Below are positions 17,743 through 26,074 of a stretch of DNA of 39,732 nt, piece by piece. The position numbers were made by a program, and so were the translations under genes. The DNA comes from Candidatus Aenigmatarchaeota archaeon (GTDB lineage: Archaea; Aenigmatarchaeota; Aenigmatarchaeia; GW2011-AR5), in the NCBI GenBank assembly GCA_016202875.1, contig JACQNX010000077.1, positions 1 through 39,732 on the forward strand. The letters are read 5' to 3'. The notes beneath the pieces were generated by a model. The model ran no database searches. It was not told where the DNA came from and worked only from the letters and a program-made list of their open reading frames with translations. Each line of letters opens with the position of its first letter. The first letter of the stretch is position 1.

Positions 17743-18873
17743 ATGAAACGGGTGTGGATTGGCACAGTCGTGATAATAACAGTTGTAGCTGTTATTGCAA
17801 TCTTCAACAATTATACTGGTCAGGCTGCTGGAGAGAAGACTGTCAGAATAGGCGGCGCTTTTGCCTTGAGCGGATTCGGCTCTGGGTGGGGAGAGGTGGA
17901 AAGGAATGCAGCGATATTGGCCATAGAGGAGGCAAACGGCAATGGCGGCATTAATGGAAGAAAGATTGAACTGATTGTAGAAGATATAGCATCGTCAAAT
18001 ACCAAGACAGTTTCTGCTGTTTCCAAGCTGATAAACGTGGACAAAGTCGGCGTTATACTAGGGCCGTCATGGCTGGATACATTTAACAGCGCATCCCCGC
18101 TTTCTGATGAAAACAAAGTGGTCATGATCACACCGAGCGCGTCTATAACCGCGATAAAAAGCGAAAAGAACTACAGCTACATATTCTCTACGTGGTACAG
18201 TCCGGATCGAGAGGCAGAAGCGCTTGTGAAATATATTGAAAAGATGGGTGCAAAGCGCGTCGTATTTATTTTTCAGGATGATCCGTACTGGCAGGACTTG
18301 ACAGGATATTTGAAGACCCAACTGAAACTTTCAAATCTGGAACTTAGAGAAGACTTCAAAATTAAACCGGAAGAGACAGATTTCAGAACAGTTTTATTGA
18401 AAACAAAGAGTCTGCAACCAGATGCAATAGTCTTTGGCACAACAGGAGAACAGAGTCTTTTGTCTTTTCTGCAGCAGCGTGCTGTTATTTATCCGGAATC
18501 AATGCTTTTTACTATGACCTACATCGAGGAATTTGCATTTAAGGACAACTACAAAGGTCTGCTAGAAAACGTCAATTATCCATCTCCACAACAACCTGAT
18601 TCAAATTTTTCAGAAAAATACGAGAAAAGATTTGGCAAAAAACCTGTTTTTTCCGCTTCTAATTCTTATGATGCGGCTAACATGATAATAGCAGCTATGA
18701 AAGAAGGAAATATGGATGCTGAAAGCATAAGGACATATCTTCTCACCAAGACATTTACAACTATTACTTTTGGCGAAGCGCGGTTTGATGAAAATGGCGG
18801 TTTGGTGGGTGGTAATTTTGTCAACAAGCGTGTCAAAAACAATACAATAGAAATTGTGGCAGAGAACACTTAA
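17743..18873 (+). CDS. LivK-type ABC substrate-binding protein, membrane-anchored
   Basis: MKRVWIGTVVIITVVAVIAIF anchor, then VRIGGAFALSG..GINGRKIELIVEDI. Upstream alternative start at 17719. Confidence 0.85.
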   Translation: MKRVWIGTVVIITVVAVIAIFNNYTGQAAGEKTVRIGGAFALSGFGSGWGEVERNAAILAIEEANGNGGINGRKIELIVEDIASSNTKTVSAVSKLINVDKVGVILGPSWLDTFNSASPLSDENKVVMITPSASITAIKSEKNYSYIFSTWYSPDREAEALVKYIEKMGAKRVVFIFQDDPYWQDLTGYLKTQLKLSNLELREDFKIKPEETDFRTVLLKTKSLQPDAIVFGTTGEQSLLSFLQQRAVIYPESMLFTMTYIEEFAFKDNYKGLLENVNYPSPQQPDSNFSEKYEKRFGKKPVFSASNSYDAANMIIAAMKEGNMDAESIRTYLLTKTFTTITFGEARFDENGGLVGGNFVNKRVKNNTIEIVAENT

Positions 18874-18896
18874 AAAGACTGACTATAATTAGAATT

Positions 18897-20006
18897 ATGC
18901 GATATGCTCTGGTGCTATTTCTTGCTGCTGTTATCGCAATAAGCGGATGCGTTTCGCAGCCAACAGGCAACGTCACTGTAAGTGGTGAGAACAAGATAAA
19001 GATAGGCGCAATCCTGCCACTTACAGATGCTATAGCAGATTTCGGGCGGTTTGTGAAAGACGGCATAGAATTCGCCCGTGAAGACATAAACGACACCAAC
19101 TTAGAAATAATCTACGAAGATAACCAATTGTGTAGTACAGATCTTTCGGTAAGGGGCGCGAGGAAGCTTACAGATGTGGACAGGGTCTCTGCAGTAATAT
19201 CTATGTGTGCAGAGACTGCGCTGGGCATAGCGCCCATAGCCGAAGATGGCAAGGTTGTATCTTTTTCTGTCGGTGCGCTTCCTGACAGCGTGACGCAGGC
19301 AGGGGATTACACATTCAGGAACCAGGTCAGCGCAAAGTACGAAGGTCAGTTTCTTTCAGATTTCGCCCGCAGCAGGCTGAACGCAACGACTGTGGCGATA
19401 TTTTTTGTAAAGAACGACTATGGCGTAGGTGTGAAGGAGGGCTTCAAAAAAGCTTGGATAGAGGCAGGCGGTGCGATTGCTGCAGAAGAGGGCAGCGACA
19501 CAAACGACAAGGACTTCAGGACGCAGATAGCAAAGATAAAGGCCGCGAATCCTGATGTCGTCTTCGAGGTAGCAGAATTCCATGGCCTGTTTGCAAAACA
19601 GGCAAAAGAACTCGGGCTGAACAAGACCGTTCTTTCTATACAGACATTTCAAAATCCGGAAACCTTAACCTCGGCCGGAGACGCAGCTGACGGTATTCTT
19701 TACACCTATACGCTTAACGAGAAAAACCTCACTGAAAAACAGAAATTATTTATCAGCAGGTTTAAAGAAAAGTACGGATACGATGCTAATGTATGGAACT
19801 TGAACGCCTATGATGCATTAGTGATTCTATACGATTTAGCAAAGAAATGCAACAGCGACTCAACATGCATGAAGGACGGGCTTTACGAGGTAAAGAATTA
19901 TGAGGGCGTTGAGGGCACGATAGGCTTTGACGAAAACGGCGATGTCGTGAAGCATCTTGCGATAAAGACTGTCGTGAACGGCACGTTTATGGTGTACGAA
20001 GGATGA
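18897..20006 (+). CDS. LivK-type ABC substrate-binding lipoprotein
   Basis: Lipobox AISGC, then IKIGAILPLT..LNAYDAL..GTIGFDENGDV..TVVNGTFMVYEG. Confidence 0.85.
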   Translation: MRYALVLFLAAVIAISGCVSQPTGNVTVSGENKIKIGAILPLTDAIADFGRFVKDGIEFAREDINDTNLEIIYEDNQLCSTDLSVRGARKLTDVDRVSAVISMCAETALGIAPIAEDGKVVSFSVGALPDSVTQAGDYTFRNQVSAKYEGQFLSDFARSRLNATTVAIFFVKNDYGVGVKEGFKKAWIEAGGAIAAEEGSDTNDKDFRTQIAKIKAANPDVVFEVAEFHGLFAKQAKELGLNKTVLSIQTFQNPETLTSAGDAADGILYTYTLNEKNLTEKQKLFISRFKEKYGYDANVWNLNAYDALVILYDLAKKCNSDSTCMKDGLYEVKNYEGVEGTIGFDENGDVVKHLAIKTVVNGTFMVYEG

Positions 20007-20038
20007 ATGCATAAAAAGACTTTAGTGCTATTTCTAGT

Positions 20039-21142
20039 ATGCTGCGTGCTGCTCATCTAATAACATTGTCAATTGCCTTAGTACTTCTGGTTTCTGGCTG
20101 TGTGCAGCAGCAGACAGACACAGTTAAGATCGGCGCAGTGCTGCCGCTTACAGGGTCTGTCAGCGTCTACGGTGAATATGCACGAAATGGAATCGACCTT
20201 GCCCTGGAAGATCTTAATGCAAGCGGGAAGAAAATAGAAGTTGTCATTGAAGACAGTAAGGGACTGCCTTCAGAAGGCGTAACCGCATTTCATAAATTAG
20301 CTGCCGACAACGGCATCAAGGCAATCATCTCTATGACAAGCTCTGTTTCTGTTCCCCTAGTTCCGCTGGCTGAAGAGAAAAAAATACCGCTCATAATGAC
20401 AGTGGTAGCGGCTTCGAATGTAACAGACAAAAGTGTATGGGCATACAGATATTTTCATAGCGCTGACTTGGAAGGTCCGGCACTGGCAAAACTTGTTATT
20501 ACATATTTGAATGTGACAAAGATCGCTATCTTATATGTCAATGACGAATACGGCGGATCAACCTACAGGGCTTTCAAAAACACATGCGAGTCCCTCGGCT
20601 GTACAATAACCGCTCAGGAAACTTTCCTCTTTGCCGATACGGATTACAGGACGCAGCTGCTGAAGATAGCAGATTCGAAACCGGACGCAATATTTATTGT
20701 AGGATTTTCGCAGCATCTGCCCACAATCTATAAGCAATCAAAGGAATTAGGCATGGAACAGACGCTCATCACAACAAGCGGAATGTCTGTCCCGGCGATT
20801 ATCAACAAAACAGGCAGCGCAGCCGAGAACTCCTACCTGACAGTCAGCTACTACTCTGCAAATCCTGATGATCCCGGTGTCAAAAGATTCAATGACCGCT
20901 ACAGAAGCCGTTTCGGCACAGAGCCTAGCTACTTTGCTGCCTATATCTATGATTCGGTAATGATGATTGCCGAATCAATGAAAAACGGCACAAGCAGAGA
21001 AAATATAAAGAACAGCCTGGCAAAGATCTCTTATTCCGGCCTCATGGGCAATGCGTCCTTCCTCGAGAACAGAGACGCCAACATGCCGGTATTTTATGCT
21101 GCAATCAGGAATGGCACACTGGTACCGATAAAACAGGTGTAA
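20039..21142 (+). CDS. LivK-type ABC substrate-binding lipoprotein
   Basis: Lipobox LVSGC, then VKIGAVLPLTGSVSVYG..IEVVIEDSKG..DYRTQLLKI. Confidence 0.85.
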   Translation: MLRAAHLITLSIALVLLVSGCVQQQTDTVKIGAVLPLTGSVSVYGEYARNGIDLALEDLNASGKKIEVVIEDSKGLPSEGVTAFHKLAADNGIKAIISMTSSVSVPLVPLAEEKKIPLIMTVVAASNVTDKSVWAYRYFHSADLEGPALAKLVITYLNVTKIAILYVNDEYGGSTYRAFKNTCESLGCTITAQETFLFADTDYRTQLLKIADSKPDAIFIVGFSQHLPTIYKQSKELGMEQTLITTSGMSVPAIINKTGSAAENSYLTVSYYSANPDDPGVKRFNDRYRSRFGTEPSYFAAYIYDSVMMIAESMKNGTSRENIKNSLAKISYSGLMGNASFLENRDANMPVFYAAIRNGTLVPIKQV

Positions 21143-21198
21143 CTTGCAATTTTTACACCACAGAAACTACTTAAGCTTAGTTATATAAAATATAACTG

Positions 21199-21459
21199 GT
21201 GATGGGAGTGCAGGAAGTAGAGGCTACAACCAAGAAGTGGGGGAGTTCGGTGGGCATAGTTATACCGAAGGATGTTTTGGAGAAAGAGAAGATAAAGGTG
21301 GGAGAAAAGGTTCACCTTTTTCTAAGAAAACCTGTGGACATAAAGAAATCCATGAAGGCATGGGAAGATATGCAAAAAGCCGGTAAAGAGATTTCAAAGA
21401 GATGGAAAGGCCCTTCTGCTGTAGAGGAGATAAGGCAACAGCGCACAAAAGAGTGGTGA
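21199..21459 (+). CDS. vapB: AbrB/SpoVT-type antitoxin (VapB-like)
   Basis: KKWGSSVGIVIPKDVLEKEKIKVGEKV swapped-hairpin motif. Stop 1 nt before the PIN gene. Confidence 0.65.
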   Translation: MMGVQEVEATTKKWGSSVGIVIPKDVLEKEKIKVGEKVHLFLRKPVDIKKSMKAWEDMQKAGKEISKRWKGPSAVEEIRQQRTKEW

Positions 21460-21460
21460 A

Positions 21461-21907
21461 ATGCTCATTACTCTAGATTCTTCTGTAATTGTTGCAAGTG
21501 TCATGGAAAAAGAAGAACATCATGATGCCTGTGCAAAATTAATGAATAAGTTATCTAAAGCTGAGTACGACGCTGCTGTGCCTTATTCTGTTCTGGTGGA
21601 GGTTACAGCATCGGTCAAAAGGCGTACCGATTCCGAAGAACTAGCCACAATAATTGAGAATGACTTAAAAAATATATCCTCGATAAATTTTTTTGAGCTT
21701 TCAGAATGGAGAACAGAAGAAGCAGTTGTGATAGCAGCGAAAACTGGTTTAAGGGGCATGGATGCGATTATTGTTCAAATTGCGAAAGAGCATGACGCAT
21801 CGCTAGTCACCCTTGACAACGAGATCGTACAGCGCGCGCAGAGTATTGTTAACATCATAAAAATTGAAGACATACTAAGCAAGGAAAGAAATGGAGAAGA
21901 TGAATAG
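21461..21907 (+). CDS. vapC: PIN-domain toxin (VapC-like)
   Basis: MLITLDSSVIVA N-terminal Asp motif, LVEV, GLRGMDAIIVQIA, LVTLDNEI. 148 aa. Confidence 0.8.
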   Translation: MLITLDSSVIVASVMEKEEHHDACAKLMNKLSKAEYDAAVPYSVLVEVTASVKRRTDSEELATIIENDLKNISSINFFELSEWRTEEAVVIAAKTGLRGMDAIIVQIAKEHDASLVTLDNEIVQRAQSIVNIIKIEDILSKERNGEDE

Positions 21908-21908
21908 C

Positions 21909-22619
21909 ATGAAATCTATGACCCTCCTTTCAGTCTCGCATGTGTCGAGCGGCTACGGCAAGAACGAAGTGCTGCAGGACGTGTCGTTCCGCGTGGACGA
22001 GGGTGAGATTGTCTCGCTCATCGGGCCGAATGGCGCAGGCAAGAGCACTGCATTGAAAACGGTTTTTGGCTTCCTCGCTGTGCAGAAAGGGGATATAACA
22101 TTTGACGGGAATGGGATTACGAAAAAAAAGCCGCATGAGATGGCAAAGCTCGGGATGTGCTTCGTGCACCAGGGCAGGCAGATTTTCCGGAACATGACTG
22201 TGGAGGAGAATCTGATTTTAGGGGCTTTTGCTGACAAAAAACTCGAGAAAAATGTAGACAAAGTTTACTCTGTCTTTCCAGTCCTAAAACAAAAGAAAAA
22301 AGCTAACGCGAGCACGCTGAGCGGCGGCCAGCAGCAGCAGCTCGCGATAGGAAGGGCGCTGATGCTCAAGCCGAAGCTGCTGCTGCTTGATGAGCCGTCG
22401 CTTGGGCTGGACCCGAAAACTGTCCAGCTCGTTTTTGGCAAAATAAAAGAGATCAGAAAGCATGGCACGACAATTCTTCTCGTCGAGCAGAATGCACGCA
22501 TGGCGCTGGAGATAAGTGACAGGGCTTACGTTTTTGAGACCGGAAGGATAAAGTTGGAAGGTGCAGGCAGGAAGTTGCTGAAAAACAAAAACGTGCAGAA
22601 GCTTTATTTGGGTGGTTAA
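21909..22619 (+). CDS. livF: Branched-chain amino acid ABC transporter ATP-binding protein LivF
   Basis: Walker A GPNGAGKST, signature LSGGQQQQLAIGRAL, Walker B LLLLDEPS, LVEQN. ATG 21909 lies 1 nt after the vapC stop. In-frame ATGs at 21891 and 21900 overlap vapC. Confidence 0.9.
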   Translation: MKSMTLLSVSHVSSGYGKNEVLQDVSFRVDEGEIVSLIGPNGAGKSTALKTVFGFLAVQKGDITFDGNGITKKKPHEMAKLGMCFVHQGRQIFRNMTVEENLILGAFADKKLEKNVDKVYSVFPVLKQKKKANASTLSGGQQQQLAIGRALMLKPKLLLLDEPSLGLDPKTVQLVFGKIKEIRKHGTTILLVEQNARMALEISDRAYVFETGRIKLEGAGRKLLKNKNVQKLYLGG

Positions 22620-23356
22620 GGCTTCGCGACCTTCCAGAAGACTTCAAAATATTTTCTGTATGATTCGGCAACGCTCCTGCTGCGCACTACAAAAGCCATC
22701 GGGTCAGGAGACCATACGATGATTGCAACCTTGTCGCCATAGATGTAAGTGGTTGATGGCGTGGTATACGCATCCGGCAGAAATCGCTCCTCGCGAAACT
22801 TCAGATTTATGCTCCATTTTGCGCCCTTTGTGCTTACATTACGAATGATCTTCATAGGAATTCCAAGCTCTGCCCTGCGCTTGTGCATCTGAAAATAATA
22901 GGACGGGAAAAACTTTGAAAAATTTCCCTGAGAACCGAATACCAGCCATTCTTTCCCCTCATGAAGGACGTCCTCGCAGACGGATTTGATACCTTCCCTG
23001 CCCTTGTAGACATAGCCTTCCTGGTCTTCGCGTGAGATGGTGCGCATGGACCTGAGACGGGGAACTTCTTTCTGCAGCCTAATTTTTTGTGTCTCCAGGA
23101 GTTGCTTTTTTGTTTCCAGGTATCCCAGCAGCCTTTCCGGGTCCTGTGCCTCAAAGTATTTTTTATTGCCCTTTATGACAAAAGAAACGGCGCCCTTCTC
23201 CACCAGCATGCCGAGCGTGTCGTAGACTGCTGCACGGTGCATGCCCAGCGCTTTGATGAGTGCACCTGCAGTCGTGCTGCCCATGCGCAGCAAAGCCAGG
23301 TAAACCCTGGATTCGTTGTCCGTGAAGCCGGCAGATTTCAGAACATAGTCCATCAT
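22616..23356 (-). CDS. TrmB-family transcriptional regulator
   Basis: wHTH LKSAGFTDNESRVYLALLRMGSTTAGALI. Convergent 4-nt overlap with the livF stop. Divergent from the SBP gene at 23423. Confidence 0.8.
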   Translation of the reverse strand: MMDYVLKSAGFTDNESRVYLALLRMGSTTAGALIKALGMHRAAVYDTLGMLVEKGAVSFVIKGNKKYFEAQDPERLLGYLETKKQLLETQKIRLQKEVPRLRSMRTISREDQEGYVYKGREGIKSVCEDVLHEGKEWLVFGSQGNFSKFFPSYYFQMHKRRAELGIPMKIIRNVSTKGAKWSINLKFREERFLPDAYTTPSTTYIYGDKVAIIVWSPDPMAFVVRSRSVAESYRKYFEVFWKVAKP

Positions 23357-23365
23357 TTATATTTA

Positions 23366-23388
23366 TGTCATAATACTTAAATATGACA
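23366..23388. promoter_or_regulatory. 7-bp inverted repeat TGTCATA-N9-TATGACA bracketing a TATA-like CTTAAATA; candidate TrmB operator
   Basis: Read directly in the 66-nt TrmB/SBP divergent intergenic region. Confidence 0.35.
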
Positions 23389-23422
23389 CATCTTAATTAG
23401 CGTTGCCGGTAATTACTCACTG

Positions 23423-24559
23423 GTGGTATGGTTGAAGTTATCCGCAATTGCGATAGTTGCAGCAGCCGTTTTTATTATTGCGGCTGTAGCCATATCATTG
23501 CCTGCAAACAACAAAAACTACATCGAGCCTGCGACAATCGGCGCGATACAGCCGCTCACAAAGAGCACCGTCGCTGTGGGCGAACAGGTGAGGGAAGGCA
23601 TAGACATAGCTGTTGATGACGTGAACGCCGAAGGCGGGATAAACGGCAGGCCGCTGAAAGTTATTTACGAGGATGATCAGTGCGACTCGAAGACTGCTGT
23701 GACTGCGTTCGAAAAGCTCACGTCTGTGGAAAAGGTGAAAATAATCATAGGACCCACATGTTCCTCAAATGTCCTGGCCGTCGCGCCATCTGCCAATGAA
23801 AAGAAGGTAATCATCCTCACAACTGTGGCATCAACCCCGAAAGTCACGCAAGCGGGCGACTATGTATTCAGGAATACGCCAAGCGGTGAGGCGTATAGCA
23901 ACTATATTGCAGAATTTGCCTACTATAATCTCAGTGCGCTGACCGCTTCTGCGCTGTACCTGAACCTGGACAACGGCGTCGATTTCAAGGACGCGTTCAT
24001 CAAAAGATTCGAAGGGCTTGGCGGCTCTGTCCTTGGAGCAGAAGCATACGAGCCGACAACAACAGACTTTCGCAGCCAGCTTGCAAAGATCAAGGGACAG
24101 AATCCCGATGTGATTTTCATAGCAGGACAGATAAACCATGGCATCGCCATAAAGCAGGCCAGAGAGCTCGGGCTAACGCAGCGGATAATAGGGCCGACAA
24201 CTATCGAAAGCCCGGATCTCATTGCGCAGGCCGGGACAGCGGCAGAAGGCGTGATTTATTCTGCGCCCAAATTCGACTTGAATGATTCTGTAGTAAAATC
24301 ATTTGGAGAAAAATACAAATCAAAATATAACAAGACACTGGGATTTAGAACAGCTATTTCATACGATGCTGTCATGATTGTCGCTTCTTTATTGATAAAA
24401 TGTGGCGAAGATGTAGAATGCACGAAAAGAGGTTTATATGAAACACAAAACTATAGCGGCGTTTCTGGAATTACAAGCTTTGACAAGAATGGAGATGTTG
24501 ATAAACCTCTAATGATAAAAACAGTGAGAAACGGAAAATTCGTCCCATATGAAAGATAA
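23423..24559 (+). CDS. LivK-type ABC substrate-binding protein, membrane-anchored
   Basis: GTG start, TM anchor AIAIVAAAVFIIAAVAISL, then GAIQPLT..GINGRPLKVIYEDDQCD..ISYDAV..GITSFDKNGDV. Confidence 0.85.
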   Translation: MVWLKLSAIAIVAAAVFIIAAVAISLPANNKNYIEPATIGAIQPLTKSTVAVGEQVREGIDIAVDDVNAEGGINGRPLKVIYEDDQCDSKTAVTAFEKLTSVEKVKIIIGPTCSSNVLAVAPSANEKKVIILTTVASTPKVTQAGDYVFRNTPSGEAYSNYIAEFAYYNLSALTASALYLNLDNGVDFKDAFIKRFEGLGGSVLGAEAYEPTTTDFRSQLAKIKGQNPDVIFIAGQINHGIAIKQARELGLTQRIIGPTTIESPDLIAQAGTAAEGVIYSAPKFDLNDSVVKSFGEKYKSKYNKTLGFRTAISYDAVMIVASLLIKCGEDVECTKRGLYETQNYSGVSGITSFDKNGDVDKPLMIKTVRNGKFVPYER

Positions 24560-24571
24560 ATAAAACTCACA

Positions 24572-24631
24572 GGCACAGGAAAGAAGCTGCTTGGGAACAG
24601 GGCTGTGCAGAAGCTTTATCTGGGCGGGTAA
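24572..24631 (+). pseudogene. Orphan remnant of a livF 3' end
   Basis: GTGKKLLGNRAVQKLYLGG* compares with the intact livF end GAGRKLLKNKNVQKLYLGG* (22560-22619). Homologous but diverged at the nucleotide level. Confidence 0.7.
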
Positions 24632-24634
24632 CCT

Positions 24635-25291
24635 CTACAGTCTCGCAATCTTCCCTGCATCTGTCAGCTTGTAACCACCGCCTTCACCTGAAGGCTTTGG
24701 TTCTATGAAACCGCGGTCTGCGAGATCCTTTATGTTGCGATAGAGCATTGCCCTGCTTGTTTCTACTTCATCTGCCAGTGCTTTTGGCGTGTCTATTTTT
24801 TCGATGCTATCCAGAATTTCTTTCTGGCTAGTGGAGATATCAAAAGAAAGTATGGGCAGTGTTATGATATCTTTTGAGCCTTCAGGGATGTAGAATATTT
24901 TTTTAACATACTGTGGGCGCGCATAGCAGCCGAAAAGGACGCCGATAGCCTGGGTTTTCCTGCCCGGAGTAATGTTAACGTATACTTCATCTTTTCTTGA
25001 AATATCGTCGAGGAGGTCTACTATTGTTTTTGCGACTGAGACAAAATCGTACAGTTCGACATTTTTTTCCTTTACTTCGATGACAGGACCAAAGGTAGAT
25101 TTTATTATTTCCGTCGTTTTTTTCTGAACTTCATCAGGCTTTTTATCCAACAGGAGGTAAAGCCTGTCAGGAGAAAGGCGCGTTATAGAGAGTACTATGG
25201 ATTCTGAAGAATACACCGTCGTTATGAGAACGCATGGCATATTGTCTAATTGTGCCGAATCTTCTAAAAAAGCTTCTATTGTATTGCACAT
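24635..25291 (-). CDS. CARF-like Rossmann domain + C-terminal wHTH regulator (Csa3 / HFX_2341-like architecture)
   Basis: N-terminal alpha/beta domain with VNITPGRKTQAIGV (T-x-G-x-K-type CARF-like loop). C-terminal wHTH SRAMLYRNIKDLADRGFIE..YKLTDAGK. Confidence 0.5.
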   Translation of the reverse strand: MCNTIEAFLEDSAQLDNMPCVLITTVYSSESIVLSITRLSPDRLYLLLDKKPDEVQKKTTEIIKSTFGPVIEVKEKNVELYDFVSVAKTIVDLLDDISRKDEVYVNITPGRKTQAIGVLFGCYARPQYVKKIFYIPEGSKDIITLPILSFDISTSQKEILDSIEKIDTPKALADEVETSRAMLYRNIKDLADRGFIEPKPSGEGGGYKLTDAGKIARL

Positions 25292-25355
25292 AATACTATT
25301 CTACTTTTAAATATACTTATTTAAATCTTTGTATACAATAAAATTTGGTGATTGC

Positions 25356-25817
25356 ATGAAAGTTGGAGAAGCTCTGTCATTGCTCAAAGCAAAGAGAAGT
25401 TATCTGGCAAGTCAGTTCGAACTCCTGAAGGATCAGATGTTCTACGAAGCTGGGAAGAAACCGGATTTCTCGGTGAGCGAAATCCTGGAAAATATAGCAA
25501 AAACAGAAAGCGAAATACGCCAGCTTAAGCTTTCCATAATGAAAACGAATGTTGAAGAAAAGCTGGAAAACGGTTTAACGCTTGCAGAGGCCATAATATC
25601 CATAGGCGACCTGAGAAGCAAGATGGCACAGCTTGAGATCATAAGAAAAAATCCATACAAAGACCGGCTCTTCTTCAGGGCGGATGACAAGCGCATCGAC
25701 TATATCCCACAGATTCCTCTGCAGGACATCGAGAAGAAGATAAGGGAGCTGGAATCCAAAAAGAACAAGCTGGATGCAGAACTCCAGAAGGCGAACTGGA
25801 GCATTGAAATTATATAG
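25356..25817 (+). CDS. DIP1984-family (septicolysin-like) protein
   Basis: MKVGEALSLLKAKRSYL..RQLKLSIMKTN..LTLAEAIISIGDLRSKM..LDAELQKANWSIEI matches the remembered family pattern (MKLAEAL..R.N....tL.e.l..rD.L......N). Confidence 0.5.
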   Translation: MKVGEALSLLKAKRSYLASQFELLKDQMFYEAGKKPDFSVSEILENIAKTESEIRQLKLSIMKTNVEEKLENGLTLAEAIISIGDLRSKMAQLEIIRKNPYKDRLFFRADDKRIDYIPQIPLQDIEKKIRELESKKNKLDAELQKANWSIEII

Positions 25818-26046
25818 TCTTAGGAAAGCGGCGTAACATCAGAGTAGATAGGATGCAGATCCGCGGCTGATAACCGCTAAAACCGTAGCTGGACGGCGTG
25901 ACGCTTCAGGGCTTAAGATCAAGGCTGGACAGTTTACAGCTTCTGTTCACAGCTCATTCCTGCTATACTATCTTGACCGCATGCTTTTGTGCATGCGAAC
26001 TGATGATTTGCTGCCCTAATAGGCATACCTTCTCATGGATGATAAC

Positions 26047-26054
26047 TTTAAATA
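26047..26054 (+). promoter_or_regulatory. TATA-box-like TTTAAATA about 25 nt upstream of ATG 26075 (leaderless-type spacing)
   Basis: Read directly. The same octamer class recurs at 25304-25326 between the divergent CARF-like and DIP1984-like genes. Confidence 0.35.
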
Positions 26055-26074
26055 TCATTATCTTTTAAAAGATA

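Noticed and set aside
18874-20038. Shared AAAAAGACT word 16-17 nt upstream of the ATGs of the SBP genes at 18897 and 20039, considered as a cassette boundary motif
   Set aside because: Only 9-10 nt are shared and the word is AT-rich, which is too short to separate from chance. It is kept only as a possible weak intergenic signal.
25999-26060. Possible C/D-box sRNA (CTGATGA at 25999-26005 and GGATGAT at 26036-26042)
   Set aside because: No D or D' box (CUGA) occurs at the required spacing downstream, and there is no terminal stem. The match is limited to a single C-box-like heptamer.
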